Shown: piece by piece, positions 1 to 9,627 of the stretch
How the letters are laid out: every line of letters begins with the position of its first letter
Position numbering within the stretch: position 1 is the stretch's first letter
Assembly: GCA_048213135.1 (NCBI GenBank)
Contig: PS015010.1
Coordinates: 558,001-622,000, forward strand
Direction of reading: 5' to 3'
DNA: 64,000 nt
Origin: Reclinomonas americana ATCC 50394
Lineage: Eukaryota
Made by a program: the position numbers and the translations under genes
Notes under the pieces: generated by a model
Databases searched by the model: none
The model's input: only the letters and a program-made list of their open reading frames with translations
Told to the model about the DNA's origin: nothing

Positions 1-2
1 TC

Positions 3-32
3 ACTTCTCTTCGGGAACGCATGAAATGGTAA
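3..32 (+). CDS. 3' end of an upstream gene (..TSLRERMKW*), possibly YfiT-family bacillithiol transferase
   Basis: Only 9 codons visible; C-terminus resembles YfiT/DinB-family ends from memory. Confidence 0.3.
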   Translation, partial: TSLRERMKW

Positions 33-41
33 ATTAAGACA

Positions 42-596
42 ATGGACTCCAATCCGGATATGAATTGGAAGACGCTTTCTTCCCGTTACCTCAGCGATCA
101 TATTTATTTCACCGCAAGGGAAGACCGTTGCGAACAACCCGACGGGCGTATCGTAGAGCAATACTTTGTGGTGGAGCTGCCGCCCTGTGTATGTGCCGTG
201 GCGCTTACGGATGACAACCAGGTGATCATGGTAGAGCAATACCGCCATCCCATACAGGAAACTATACTGGAAATACCCGGAGGTTTTATCGATGCCGGCG
301 AAACACCCGAACAGGCCGTGGCCCGGGAGCTGATGGAAGAGACAGGGTATCGTTTTTCTTCTTTCGAGTACCTCGGCAAACTGGCCGCCAACCCCGGCAT
401 TCTTGATAACTATACCCATTTATACCTCGCGAAAGGCGGCGTAAAAATCGCGGAACAATCACTTGATGGTAATGAAGCCATCCGGCTGAAACTGTTGTCC
501 ATAGCAGAACTGGAATCATTGCTGAAAGAGAACAAGATCAAACAGGCACTGCATGCGGGATGTATTTTTTATGCTTTGGCGAAATTGAAAGGGTGA
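42..596 (+). CDS. NUDIX hydrolase (ADP-ribose pyrophosphatase-like)
   Basis: Nudix box GFIDAGETPEQAVARELMEETG; VEQYRHPI..LEIPGG. Confidence 0.92.
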   Translation: MDSNPDMNWKTLSSRYLSDHIYFTAREDRCEQPDGRIVEQYFVVELPPCVCAVALTDDNQVIMVEQYRHPIQETILEIPGGFIDAGETPEQAVARELMEETGYRFSSFEYLGKLAANPGILDNYTHLYLAKGGVKIAEQSLDGNEAIRLKLLSIAELESLLKENKIKQALHAGCIFYALAKLKG

Positions 597-720
597 TGTG
601 CGAATGTGTGAATATCTGGATGTGCGGATATGCAGGTATGAAAATTGGAAGATTTGAAAATCTGAAAATGAATGAGTCCTTCTCTTCACTCAGGATAAAA
701 TTCGTAATTCGTAATTAATA
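595..720 (-). repeat. Composite repeat copy A: (AATTACG)n - ATCCTGAGTGAAGAGAAGGA - octamer (CACATCCG/CAAATCTT) array
   Basis: Reverse complement has the same architecture as 58809-59005 and 4526-4729. Confidence 0.8.
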
Positions 721-2008
721 ATTGATCCACTTCTCCCACCACGAACACACTCCCGCAAACCAGTATCATATCATTTACTGAGGCTTTCTTTAACGCAGCC
801 GCCACACCATTGTTCACATCATCGTATCCTTCGCCGTAAAGCTCATGCAGCTTTGCCCGTTCCACCAGTTGTGCAAAAGGCAATGCACGGGGAATATGCG
901 CATTGGTAAAATAATAGGTTGCCGTTTTGGGTAAAAGGGAAAGTACTTTATCAATATCCTTATCGTTCACCATGCCGGTAATGATATGAAGCCGCTCATA
1001 CCGTACCTGCTGCAGGTTGGCCAGGATGGCTTTGATGCCGTCCTCGTTATGCCCCACATCCAGCACCAGCAGCGGTTTTTCTCTTATGAGTTCCCAGCGC
1101 CCGTGGAGGCCGGTCAGTTGTTTAACATGCGACAGGGCGTACTTTTCTGTTTCGCCGGGAATATCAAAACCGTGTTCTACCAGTAATCCTTCGGCACATA
1201 GTACAGTGCAAAGATTGCGAACCTGGTACAGGCCGTTCAGGTCGAGAGAGAAAGACTCTGTTATATCATTGAAGATATCAGTGATATCCACCTGCAGGAG
1301 ATGGTTGCCGTATTGGATATTGGAAGTTTGGTAGATGTCTTCCGCAAAATAAATAGGAGCGTTCAGCGATGCAGCTTTAGATGCGAACACGGGCCTGGTC
1401 TCCGGTAGCGTTGCGCCAATCACGACCGGAACACCGGGTTTGATGATACCCGCTTTCTCCGAAGCGATCTCTGGCAGGGTATTACCCAGCAGGTTCATGT
1501 GATCGAAACCGATATTGGTAATGACCGACACCAGCGGGGTGATCACATTCGTGCTGTCGAGCCGCCCGCCGAGCCCGGTTTCAATAACAGCGATGTCAAC
1601 CTGTTCTTTGGCAAAATGATCAAAGGCCATGGCTACCGTCAGCTCGAAAAAAGATGGTTCTATTTTTTCGGTAATGGGAATGGTCTTTTCTGTGAAGGCG
1701 ATCACCGTTTCTTCCGGGATCATTTCACCGTTGATCTTTATCCTTTCCCTGAAATCAGACAGGTGAGGAGAGGTATACAAGCCTGTTTTGTAACCCGCCT
1801 GTTGCAGTATGGCGGCCAGCATATGGCTCGTACTACCCTTACCGTTAGTACCCGCAATATGAATGCTCTTAAATTTTGTTTGCGGGTTGTCCAGGAATTC
1901 GCACAGGGCTATGGTGTTGTCCAGGTTAGGCTTAAAGGCTGCCGCCCCGATGCGGCTGAACATGGGTAGTTTGGAGAAGAGGTAGTCTAATGTCTGCTGA
2001 TAGGTCAC
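686..2008 (-). CDS. folC: Folylpolyglutamate synthase/dihydrofolate synthase
   Basis: IHIAGTNGKGS P-loop, YTSPHL, ETGLGGRLDSTN, DVGHN; GTG start. Confidence 0.96.
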   Translation of the reverse strand: MTYQQTLDYLFSKLPMFSRIGAAAFKPNLDNTIALCEFLDNPQTKFKSIHIAGTNGKGSTSHMLAAILQQAGYKTGLYTSPHLSDFRERIKINGEMIPEETVIAFTEKTIPITEKIEPSFFELTVAMAFDHFAKEQVDIAVIETGLGGRLDSTNVITPLVSVITNIGFDHMNLLGNTLPEIASEKAGIIKPGVPVVIGATLPETRPVFASKAASLNAPIYFAEDIYQTSNIQYGNHLLQVDITDIFNDITESFSLDLNGLYQVRNLCTVLCAEGLLVEHGFDIPGETEKYALSHVKQLTGLHGRWELIREKPLLVLDVGHNEDGIKAILANLQQVRYERLHIITGMVNDKDIDKVLSLLPKTATYYFTNAHIPRALPFAQLVERAKLHELYGEGYDDVNNGVAAALKKASVNDMILVCGSVFVVGEVDQLLITNYEFYPE

Positions 2009-2052
2009 GAATGTGAAAATAGGAAAATGTGCAAATATGCAAATTAGAAAAT
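2009..2052. repeat. Octamer microsatellite directly upstream of folC start
   Basis: gaatgtgaaaataggaaaatgtgcaaatatgcaaattagaaaat, 8-nt period. Confidence 0.65.
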
Positions 2053-2124
2053 TCTACCGTGACAAGTCATGCAACTAATTTATAGCCAGGCAAGATGCAG
2101 TAAATCCCTTTATAAGTAAAAGCC

Positions 2125-2150
2125 ATTCGTAATTAGTAATTCGTAATTAT
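2125..2150 (-). repeat. (AATTACG/AATTACT)n heptamer array after TonB-like stop codon
   Basis: attcgtaattagtaattcgtaattat. Confidence 0.75.
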
Positions 2151-2975
2151 TTACTGCTGTACTGTAAAATTAAATGGCACCGTCACCACCGACTCATGAT
2201 CCGATTTGTTGAACTGGATATTTGGCATATAGCTCCTGATGGCATTGGCATAACGGCTGTCGCTGCTGGTAGAGCCTTTGTCGAAACCCACAAAAGTGCC
2301 GCGGCCCTCGGGAGATACCTTGATGACGGCATTGATGGTGGCTTTGGGCAGGTCGCCCATGAAAATATAATTGTTGATGATCTTTCTGTCGCCTTTACTC
2401 ACACGTAACCCGCTTCCGCCGGTTCTGCCGCCGGGGTTATTGCCATAACTGTCGGGTTTGCCGTTGGGATTGCCCGCATCACCACGTCCATTGGGGTTGT
2501 TGCCCTGGTATTTGTAACCATTATCCTGCGTGGCACCGTTGCCGGTACCGGTTTTAGGTCCGTCATACCCGGCTATTTTGGGTTTCTGCGGTTTGGGCGC
2601 AGGAGGAGCAACAACAGGGGCGGGCTTGGTTACTTTGGGTGTTTCTTTTACCGTTTTGGTTACAGGAGCAGCTTCCGGGTCATCGTTCTCCGGGTCTTTT
2701 TCGTCCTGCTGTGTTGGCGGTGCCGATGCTTTTACCGGTTCCGGTTGTGATGGCATGTCGGAAGGCGCTTTTTCACCCTTGATCAGGGGCTGTGTTTCAC
2801 CGTAGCCTTCTTCAAAATTGCCAAGGTTGATCTCGATAAAATCCTGGGCAACAGGTTTTACTTCAGCGAATATTTTCCATTTGATGAATAGGGCGATGAG
2901 CAGGAGACCACCCATGATGAGCGCTGAATATAAAAAGGCTTTCCTGTTCTTTTCCGCTTCGTATTGTGCCGACAT
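2151..2975 (-). CDS. TonB-like energy transducer family protein
   Basis: N-terminal TM helix, IEINLG motif, Pro/Lys-rich then Gly-rich linker, short C-terminal domain; next to folC. Confidence 0.7.
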   Translation of the reverse strand: MSAQYEAEKNRKAFLYSALIMGGLLLIALFIKWKIFAEVKPVAQDFIEINLGNFEEGYGETQPLIKGEKAPSDMPSQPEPVKASAPPTQQDEKDPENDDPEAAPVTKTVKETPKVTKPAPVVAPPAPKPQKPKIAGYDGPKTGTGNGATQDNGYKYQGNNPNGRGDAGNPNGKPDSYGNNPGGRTGGSGLRVSKGDRKIINNYIFMGDLPKATINAVIKVSPEGRGTFVGFDKGSTSSDSRYANAIRSYMPNIQFNKSDHESVVTVPFNFTVQQ

Positions 2976-3085
2976 GGTTATGCTTTGTAACATCGTAAAG
3001 TTATTCTATTCTCCCTAAACGATGGAATATCATGCCAGAATGCACAGCAGCTGTTAAAGATTTAACAAAATGTTGCGATGGATGA

Positions 3086-3850
3086 TCATTTAAAAAATAT
3101 GTCGTACCCGAAACGGAGAATGGTAGCGGTAACCACCAGCAGGAAAAAAATACGGATGAACGCGTTGCCTTTGAGAAGGGCCAGCCTGGCACCGGCGATG
3201 GAGCCGCCCAGGTTGAAAACCGCCATAGGTATGGCATATTGGTAAAGGATATGGCCATGCCCGCTGAAGAACAGTATCGATCCCAGGTTGGTAGATACAT
3301 TCACGATCTTGGCGTGAGCACTGGCGTGAAGAAAATCAAATCCCATAATACTGATGAAGAACAGTACCAGGAAACTGCCTGCACCCGGACCGATAAAACC
3401 GTCATAAAAACCAATGAGTAAAGCGAAAATAATACCGGTAATCATTTCTTTCTGCGGCGTAAGCGAATGTCCCGGTGCTGTGCCGAAATCTTTCTTCAGG
3501 TAGGTATACAACGCGACAATAATGAGCAACCCGAAAATGAATGGCTTCATAAAGCTATTGCTCACCAGCGTAAGTACTTTAGACCCGGTATAAGCCGCCG
3601 CCAGCGCGATGCTGCACATGATGGCGAGCAGTTTCCAGCGCACTTTTACCCGCCTGCTGTATTGGAAGGCCGCCATGGCTGTGCCGCTGATGGCAGGAAT
3701 CTTAATGGTACCGAGTAACGTGGCTACCGGGTAACGTGGGAGTACCACCAACGTGGCGGGTGTTTGTACCAGTCCGCCGCCGCCAACAATGGCATCGATA
3801 AAGCCCGCTGCGAACGCGGCAATACAAAGGATGATGATCTCTGTTGTCAA
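3086..3850 (-). CDS. TauE/SafE (TSUP) family transporter
   Basis: AGFIDAIVGGGGL and GFYDGFIGPGAGSF motifs, multiple TM helices. Confidence 0.92.
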   Translation of the reverse strand: MTTEIIILCIAAFAAGFIDAIVGGGGLVQTPATLVVLPRYPVATLLGTIKIPAISGTAMAAFQYSRRVKVRWKLLAIMCSIALAAAYTGSKVLTLVSNSFMKPFIFGLLIIVALYTYLKKDFGTAPGHSLTPQKEMITGIIFALLIGFYDGFIGPGAGSFLVLFFISIMGFDFLHASAHAKIVNVSTNLGSILFFSGHGHILYQYAIPMAVFNLGGSIAGARLALLKGNAFIRIFFLLVVTATILRFGYDIFFK

Positions 3851-4527
3851 GAAGCGTTGTAATTTCTTTGTCCGAATAGCAGGCTACCGATGCGCACCAT
3901 TGTACTGCCTTCTTCCAGGGCGATCTTATAATCGCTGCTCATACCCATGGATAATATTGAAAATTGAATATTGGGGATTGAAGATTGAGCATATTTACTG
4001 AACAGCGTCTTTAATATTGCAAATTCTTTTCTTATTAAAGCTTCGTTGTCAGAGAAAGAAGCCATGCCCATTAAACCGCAGATACGGATATGTCCGAATG
4101 CTCCCGGGTTAGCAGCAATCATATCCAGTAATGAACTGAGTTCATCTTCATCCAAACCAAACTTGGTTTCCTCTGACGCTATGTGTACCTGCAGCAGGCA
4201 GTCGATAACGCGGTTATTCTTTAATGCCTGTTTATTGATCTCTTTCAGCAGGGAAAGGCTGTCAACTCCATGAACAAGGTGTACAAAAGGAGCGATGTAT
4301 TTTACCTTATTGCTTTGCAGGTGGCCGATAAAATGCCAGCGGATGTCAGCAGGAAGCTGGGGTTGTTTTTCCAGGAGTTCCTGTACATAGTTCTCGCCAA
4401 AATCTCTTTGCCCGAGGTCGTAGAGTTCGCGGATGTCTTCGACAGGTTTTGTTTTGGACACAGCGACCAATGTGGCTTTGCCGTTGAGTTCGGAGAGGAT
4501 CTGTTTGAATTGAGCCTGGTTGATCAA
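3847..4527 (-). CDS. yggS: PLP homeostasis protein
   Basis: LVAVSKTKP, FGENYVQE, WHFIGHLQSNK, LSMGMSSDY, VRIGS. Confidence 0.96.
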   Translation of the reverse strand: MINQAQFKQILSELNGKATLVAVSKTKPVEDIRELYDLGQRDFGENYVQELLEKQPQLPADIRWHFIGHLQSNKVKYIAPFVHLVHGVDSLSLLKEINKQALKNNRVIDCLLQVHIASEETKFGLDEDELSSLLDMIAANPGAFGHIRICGLMGMASFSDNEALIRKEFAILKTLFSKYAQSSIPNIQFSILSMGMSSDYKIALEEGSTMVRIGSLLFGQRNYNAS

Positions 4528-4729
4528 TTATGAATTACTAATTACTAATTACGAATTTTATCCTGAGCGAAACGAAGGATATCTATAGAGCAAAGAATCC
4601 CCAAAAATTTACCGCAAAGAAAGAAGACCGCGGAGGTTACGCAAAGTGACTGTGGCCGGCAAATTATCCAACCGTTCATTTCTGAATCCGCACATTGGCA
4701 TATCCTCACATTCGCATATTTGCACATTA
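4526..4729 (+). repeat. Composite repeat copy B: heptamer array - ATCCTGAGCGAAACGAAGGA - CGCAAAG units - octamer array
   Basis: Direct comparison with copies A and C. Confidence 0.8.
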
Positions 4730-5881
4730 TTTCAAAATGCTCCTGCTGATCACGATCCGTTGTACTTCGCTGGTGCCTTCATAGATCTGCGTGATCTTGG
4801 CGTCCCGCATCATGCGTTCCACGTGGTATTCTTTTACAAAACCGTAGCCGCCATGGATCTGTACCGCTTCGGTGGCGGTCCACATCGCCGTTTCGCTGGC
4901 ATATACTTTGGCCATGCTGCTGCTTAAGGTGTAGTCGAGGTGCTGGTCTTTTTCCCAGGCCGCTTTCAGGCAGAGGAGGCGGGCCGCTTCAATACGGGTA
5001 GCCATATCCGCCAGTTTAAACTGGATGATCTGGTGGTTCATGATTTCGGTGCCAAAGGCTTTCCTTTGTTTGCTGTAGGCCAGCGCTCTTTCATAAGCGC
5101 CGGAAGCAATACCCAGGGCCTGCGAGGCAATACCGATACGCCCGCCAGCCAGCGTCTTCATGGCGAATTTAAAGCCGAAGCCATCTTCACCGATGCGGTT
5201 CTCTTTCGGCACTTTTACGTCATTGAAAAGGATGGTATGTGTGTCGCTTCCGCGGATGCCGAGCTTATTTTCTTTAGCGCCGACTACTACGCCGGGCCAG
5301 TTTTTTTCCACGATGAGGGCATTGATACCACGGCTTCCTTTTGCCGGGTCAGTTTGAGCGATCACCAGGTAAGTGCTGGCGCTGTTGCCATTGGTGATCC
5401 AGTTCTTGGTACCATTGAGCAGGTAATGATCACCCATATCTTCGGCGGTGGTTCTTTGTGAAGTGGCGTCGCTGCCGGCTTCGGGTTCGCTGAGGAGGAA
5501 GGCGCCGATGTGCAGTTCGCCATCTTTTTTACCCTGCGCCAGCGGCACCAGGTATTTTTGTTTTTGTTCTTCAGTTCCGTATTCCTGCAGACCATAACAC
5601 ACGAGGCTGTTGTTCACACTCACACAAACACTCACGCTGGCATCTACTTTACTAATCTCTTCCATGGCCAGTACATAACTGATCGTATCCATGCCGCTGC
5701 CGCCGTATTCCGGTTTTACCATGATACCCATAAAACCCAGGTCGGCCAGTTTTTCGATCTGTTCGCGGGGGAAGCGTTGTTCTTCGTCGCGTTCAATAAC
5801 ACCGGGGAGGCATTCATTCACAGCGAAGTCACGTGCGGCCTGCTGTATCATCAATTGTTCTTCAGTAAACTGGAATAGCAT
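4727..5881 (-). CDS. Acyl-CoA dehydrogenase (short/branched-chain type)
   Basis: LSEPEAGSDA, GTKNWITNG, QIHGGYG, ITQIYEGTSEVQR. Confidence 0.95.
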   Translation of the reverse strand: MLFQFTEEQLMIQQAARDFAVNECLPGVIERDEEQRFPREQIEKLADLGFMGIMVKPEYGGSGMDTISYVLAMEEISKVDASVSVCVSVNNSLVCYGLQEYGTEEQKQKYLVPLAQGKKDGELHIGAFLLSEPEAGSDATSQRTTAEDMGDHYLLNGTKNWITNGNSASTYLVIAQTDPAKGSRGINALIVEKNWPGVVVGAKENKLGIRGSDTHTILFNDVKVPKENRIGEDGFGFKFAMKTLAGGRIGIASQALGIASGAYERALAYSKQRKAFGTEIMNHQIIQFKLADMATRIEAARLLCLKAAWEKDQHLDYTLSSSMAKVYASETAMWTATEAVQIHGGYGFVKEYHVERMMRDAKITQIYEGTSEVQRIVISRSILK

Positions 5882-6006
5882 AGCGATCAATTATTTTCGG
5901 TAAGCCACAAAAATACAGTTTGAAGAGCATCCCGGGCGGGTTTGGGGCGAATATTTTTAGTTGCAAAAACGAGGTGTCTCTGTCCGTAAGATGAGGCGCC
6001 TAATGA

Positions 6007-6651
6007 TCAGGGGATGAGTTGCTTCAGTTGCCTGATGAAATCCTCCCTTGCGATCAGCCGGGCACCCAGGCTCTCCAAATGCGGCGTATACACCTGGCAG
6101 TCGATAAGTTGTACTTTTTGCTGTCGCAGGAAACTGACATAGCGGGCAAAGGCGAATTTACTGGCATTGCTTACAGAACTGAACATGCTTTCGCCAAAAA
6201 ATACACTTCCCATACGGATACCGTAAAGTCCGCCAACGAGCTGGCCGTCCATCCAGGCCTCGGCGCTGTGGGCATGCCCCATCAGGTGCAGGTCTGTGTA
6301 AGCTTCTACGATAGCAGGGGATATCCAGGTACCATCCTGTCCCTTGCGGTCGGTTTTACGGCAATGCTGCATTACCTGTACAAAGGCTTTGTTTATGGTA
6401 AAACGGAATTTATTGCCGTTGAGAATAGGCCTCATGCTTTTGCTGATCTTCAGTTCTTCAGGAAAAAGTACAAAACGCGGATCGGGGCACCACCAGCAAA
6501 TGGGTTCGTCTTCATTATACCAGGGAAAGATGCCATTGCGGTAGGCGAGCAGCAGTCTCTCGCTGCTGAGGTCGCCACCAACAGCGAGCAGGCCATCCGC
6601 GTCAGCCTGTTCAACTGGCGGGAATACAAGATCGTTGGTCAGTACAAACAT
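6007..6651 (-). CDS. aat: Leucyl/phenylalanyl-tRNA--protein transferase
   Basis: GLLAVGGDL, AYRNGIFPW, WWCPDPR, FFGESMFS; start placed at MFVLTND. Confidence 0.95.
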   Translation of the reverse strand: MFVLTNDLVFPPVEQADADGLLAVGGDLSSERLLLAYRNGIFPWYNEDEPICWWCPDPRFVLFPEELKISKSMRPILNGNKFRFTINKAFVQVMQHCRKTDRKGQDGTWISPAIVEAYTDLHLMGHAHSAEAWMDGQLVGGLYGIRMGSVFFGESMFSSVSNASKFAFARYVSFLRQQKVQLIDCQVYTPHLESLGARLIAREDFIRQLKQLIP

Positions 6652-6671
6652 ATGTAAAGATAGGAAAAGGC

Positions 6672-6965
6672 TTACCCGGCAGTTACTTCGATAGTTGCGC
6701 CTATGCCCCGTTCGGTGATGGCATCGCATTTAGGTTTCAGTACATCGTAGCTCCCTTCCTTGACGGCATATTTGCCTTTGGAGTCGATTATGATGGCGCA
6801 TTGTTCGGCTTGTTCGTGGGAGTGACCGCAGATGTCAACCAGCGCCTGTATGACCCAGTCAAAAGTATTGATCTCATCATTCCATACGATAAGTGAGCAA
6901 AGCGCTTCGGCTTCGGTCATTACTTCCGTAGTCTCCTGTGACTGGGTATATGTGGAGTTGCTCAT
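6672..6965 (-). CDS. clpS: Clp protease adaptor
   Basis: LIVWNDEINTFDWVIQAL, EQAEQCA; adjacent to aat (N-degron pathway). Confidence 0.9.
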   Translation of the reverse strand: MSNSTYTQSQETTEVMTEAEALCSLIVWNDEINTFDWVIQALVDICGHSHEQAEQCAIIIDSKGKYAVKEGSYDVLKPKCDAITERGIGATIEVTAG

Positions 6966-7141
6966 GGTTACGGCACAAAAATACGCGGATTTTGGAAACC
7001 GGGGCGCAGTTATGGAGGAATTTTGCCATCCTGTTCAGCCACAGGTATTTACAGGCGAATAGTGAGATGTGGTACAAGAGTGCGACGCCAACCAGGCCGG
7101 GGAAAGGAATGCGGCCGGACAAATAAAATATGATCTCATTA

Positions 7142-7317
7142 TGTTGAAAAGTACAGCGATAAAGGAGATTTTTCTTCCGGGAGTATGGGGTGTTTTTAAC
7201 AAAGCTAGGTTGACATCTCCTAATGAGAAATGTCACCCTTATTAGGGTATTTTAGGATTTTAAGATGTCAACCTCAGAGATGGAGATGTCAACCATGGGA
7301 ATAGAGATGTCATCCTA
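7142..7317 (-). repeat. ~180-bp dispersed element, copy 1 (AGGTTGACATCT units)
   Basis: Aligns with reverse complement of 9628-9814; units at 7207, 7228, 7263, 7284, 7305. Confidence 0.88.
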
Positions 7318-7358
7318 AAATCAGCTGAATTAATTAGGAAATGTGAAGTATGGTAATG

Positions 7359-7388
7359 AAAAAGCCCCGCGTAATGCGGGGCTTTTTT
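7359..7388. terminator. Intrinsic terminator downstream of tRNA-Val
   Basis: AAAAAGCCCCGC-GTAAT-GCGGGGCTTTTTT. Confidence 0.9.
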
Positions 7389-7389
7389 G

Positions 7390-7464
7390 TGGGAGCTACA
7401 GGGATCGAACCTGTGACCCCCTGCTTGTAAGGCAGGTGCTCTAAACCAGCTGAGCTAAGCTCCC
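7390..7464 (-). tRNA. tRNA-Val (TAC)
   Basis: GGGAGCTTAGCTCAGCTGGTTTAGAGCACCTGCCTTACAAGCAGGGGGTCACAGGTTCGATCCCTGTAGCTCCCA folds as cloverleaf; CCA not encoded. Confidence 0.97.
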
Positions 7465-7525
7465 TTTTTTAATTGGGATGGCAAAGATAAGGGTTTATAA
7501 TTTACCACAAAATTTTTATTGAAAA

Positions 7526-7840
7526 TTAATTCAATTGCAGGGCTGGCAAACGGTACGACTGACCATCATATACAAACAACTCATCAATTTCCACGGTCCA
7601 GTAGCGGAAGAGCGGAGACTTGCTGAGTATCTTTTCCACCTCTTCTTTTCCGGCGGCATTGATCGTCATCCAGCAGCGTTGTGTTTCCATGCTGACACTA
7701 TAATAATCCAGTGTATTTTTTTCAATGAGACCGTTTATGTACACGCGATGCGGCGGTACCAGTCCCATGAAGTCGTCATCCATTTCAAAATGGATCGTCA
7801 CCTGGTATTTGTTGACCTGTTCTTCGTTTATATTGTCCAT
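7526..7840 (-). CDS. Small alpha/beta-barrel protein (muconolactone isomerase/YCII-like)
   Basis: 104 aa, overlaps mtaB stop; VPPHRVYINGL..YSVS..CW pattern. Confidence 0.55.
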   Translation of the reverse strand: MDNINEEQVNKYQVTIHFEMDDDFMGLVPPHRVYINGLIEKNTLDYYSVSMETQRCWMTINAAGKEEVEKILSKSPLFRYWTVEIDELFVYDGQSYRLPALQLN

Positions 7841-9096
7841 TCGATGACCTGGTTTTCCCATTCCTTTTTAAAAGGAGTGGTGATCTTGATATAATTATCG
7901 GTGTAACCTTCCATCATGCCGTTTTTATTGCTTCCTTCAAACAAAACATGACGGGGCTGCCCGATGTGTTTGTTGCTGAAGTACTGCATTTTCTGGTAGC
8001 TCAGGTTACGGAGCTGCCTGTTGCGTTCGTGGCGTACCTGCATCGGAACAACAGGTTTCATATCATAGGCCAGCGTATTCACCCTTTCGGAATAAGTGAA
8101 TACGTGGAGATAGGAGATGTCAAGTTGATGCAGGAAGTCAAAAGTGTCTTTAAAATCCTCATCCGTTTCACCGGGAAAGCCAACGATGACATCCACGCCA
8201 ACACAACAATGGGGCATGAGTGCTTTGATCTGTTCCACGCGTTCGGCATACAGTTCCCTTTTGTAGCGGCGGCGCATGAGCCCGAGTATTTTGTTACTCC
8301 CGCTTTGCAGGGGGATATGAAAATGCGGCATGAATTTTTTGCTGCGGCTTACAAAACTGATGATTTCGTTGCTGAGAAGGTTGGGTTCAATAGAGGAAAT
8401 GCGGAAACGATCGATGCCTTCCACTTCATCCAGTTCTGTGATCAGTTCGAGAAAACTCTCTTCTTTTTGTTTGCCGCCATAGAGGCCTTTGCCGAAATCG
8501 CCCAGGTTGATGCCGGTCAGTACGACTTCTTTTGCGCCACCTGCAGCAATCTCTTTCACATTACCTATGACATTGCTGATGCTGTCGCTGCGGCTTTTAC
8601 CACGGGCAAGGGGTATGGTGCAGAAAGAGCAGTTATAATCGCAGCCGTCCTGTACTTTTAAAAAGATGCGGGTGCGGTCGTTGACAGAGTGAGAAGCTGT
8701 GAAACTGTTTACATCCTCAATATCGCAGCTGCAGATGCGGGCGCTGTCGCCTTTGGTGATCTCTTTAAGGTGATGGGCTATGTTGAATTTTTCGGCGGCG
8801 CCCAGTACCAGGTCAACCCCGGGTATTTCCGCGATCTCTTTGGGTTTGAGCTGGGCATAACAACCGGTGACCACTACCATGGCTTCGGGAGCTTTGCGTT
8901 GTATACGGCGTACCAGCATACGGCACTCCTTGTCGGCATTGTCGGTAACCGAACAGGTATTAATGACATATACGTCGGCCACGTCATCAAAATCCCTTTT
9001 TTCGAAACCGTCATTTTCCAGTAAACGGCCAATGGTTGAGGTTTCGGAGAAGTTGAGTTTGCAGCCCAGGGTATGTAACGCTACTGTTTTGTTCAT
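7828..9096 (-). CDS. mtaB: tRNA t6A37 methylthiotransferase
   Basis: TLGCKLNFSET, INTCSVT, GCYAQ, radical SAM CDYNCSFC, RISSIEP. Confidence 0.95.
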   Translation of the reverse strand: MNKTVALHTLGCKLNFSETSTIGRLLENDGFEKRDFDDVADVYVINTCSVTDNADKECRMLVRRIQRKAPEAMVVVTGCYAQLKPKEIAEIPGVDLVLGAAEKFNIAHHLKEITKGDSARICSCDIEDVNSFTASHSVNDRTRIFLKVQDGCDYNCSFCTIPLARGKSRSDSISNVIGNVKEIAAGGAKEVVLTGINLGDFGKGLYGGKQKEESFLELITELDEVEGIDRFRISSIEPNLLSNEIISFVSRSKKFMPHFHIPLQSGSNKILGLMRRRYKRELYAERVEQIKALMPHCCVGVDVIVGFPGETDEDFKDTFDFLHQLDISYLHVFTYSERVNTLAYDMKPVVPMQVRHERNRQLRNLSYQKMQYFSNKHIGQPRHVLFEGSNKNGMMEGYTDNYIKITTPFKKEWENQVIEWTI

Positions 9097-9181
9097 TCAC
9101 TGCAAAATTAACGCATTTGATCCAGATGTGCCCGCCAGTGGCTGTTATGGTAAAAATCAGTCAACTGGATTAACTTGCGGT

Positions 9182-9625
9182 ATGATCAGGAAATATTTAC
9201 CATTTATATTCTTGCTGGCGGCAGCGGGTTTGTACATATATGTAAAGATGCACCAGCGTGGGAACGTGCCTCCCCGTAATGTGCCGCAGGATGAGCATGT
9301 TACCATTCCCGCAGTTGACCCGGGCAGCCATGAGAACCGGGAGGAGCCCTTTAACCGCCGTACGGCCCGGCTGATCTTTTCAAAGCATGCCCGTTGCCGG
9401 ATGGATTGCCGGCATATCGACGAAAGCGAAGTGAGGGAAATATTGGATAAGGGCAGTATCAATTATAACAAGATAGAAGAGGATGCCCGTGGGAAGAGTT
9501 ATCCGGTCGAGGGGGTGACACATGATAACCAGCGGGTACGGATCGTTTTTGCGCCGAAAGGAGATGAGTTAGTGGTGGTAACCTGCATTGACCTGGACCG
9601 GGACTGGAGTTGTGATTGTAAATAG
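9182..9625 (+). CDS. DUF4258-domain membrane-anchored protein
   Basis: N-terminal TM, SKHARCRMDCRHI, VVVTCID; start placed at MIRKYLPF. Confidence 0.75.
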   Translation: MIRKYLPFIFLLAAAGLYIYVKMHQRGNVPPRNVPQDEHVTIPAVDPGSHENREEPFNRRTARLIFSKHARCRMDCRHIDESEVREILDKGSINYNKIEEDARGKSYPVEGVTHDNQRVRIVFAPKGDELVVVTCIDLDRDWSCDCK

Positions 9626-9627
9626 CC

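Noticed and set aside
6877-7236. ORF similar to 9709-9918 (IRRCQP..)
   Set aside because: Similarity is just translation of the shared DNA repeat; it overlaps clpS and has no protein features
8867-9181. N-terminal extension of the DUF4258 ORF
   Set aside because: Overlaps mtaB antisense; TM-led start at 9182 is more plausible
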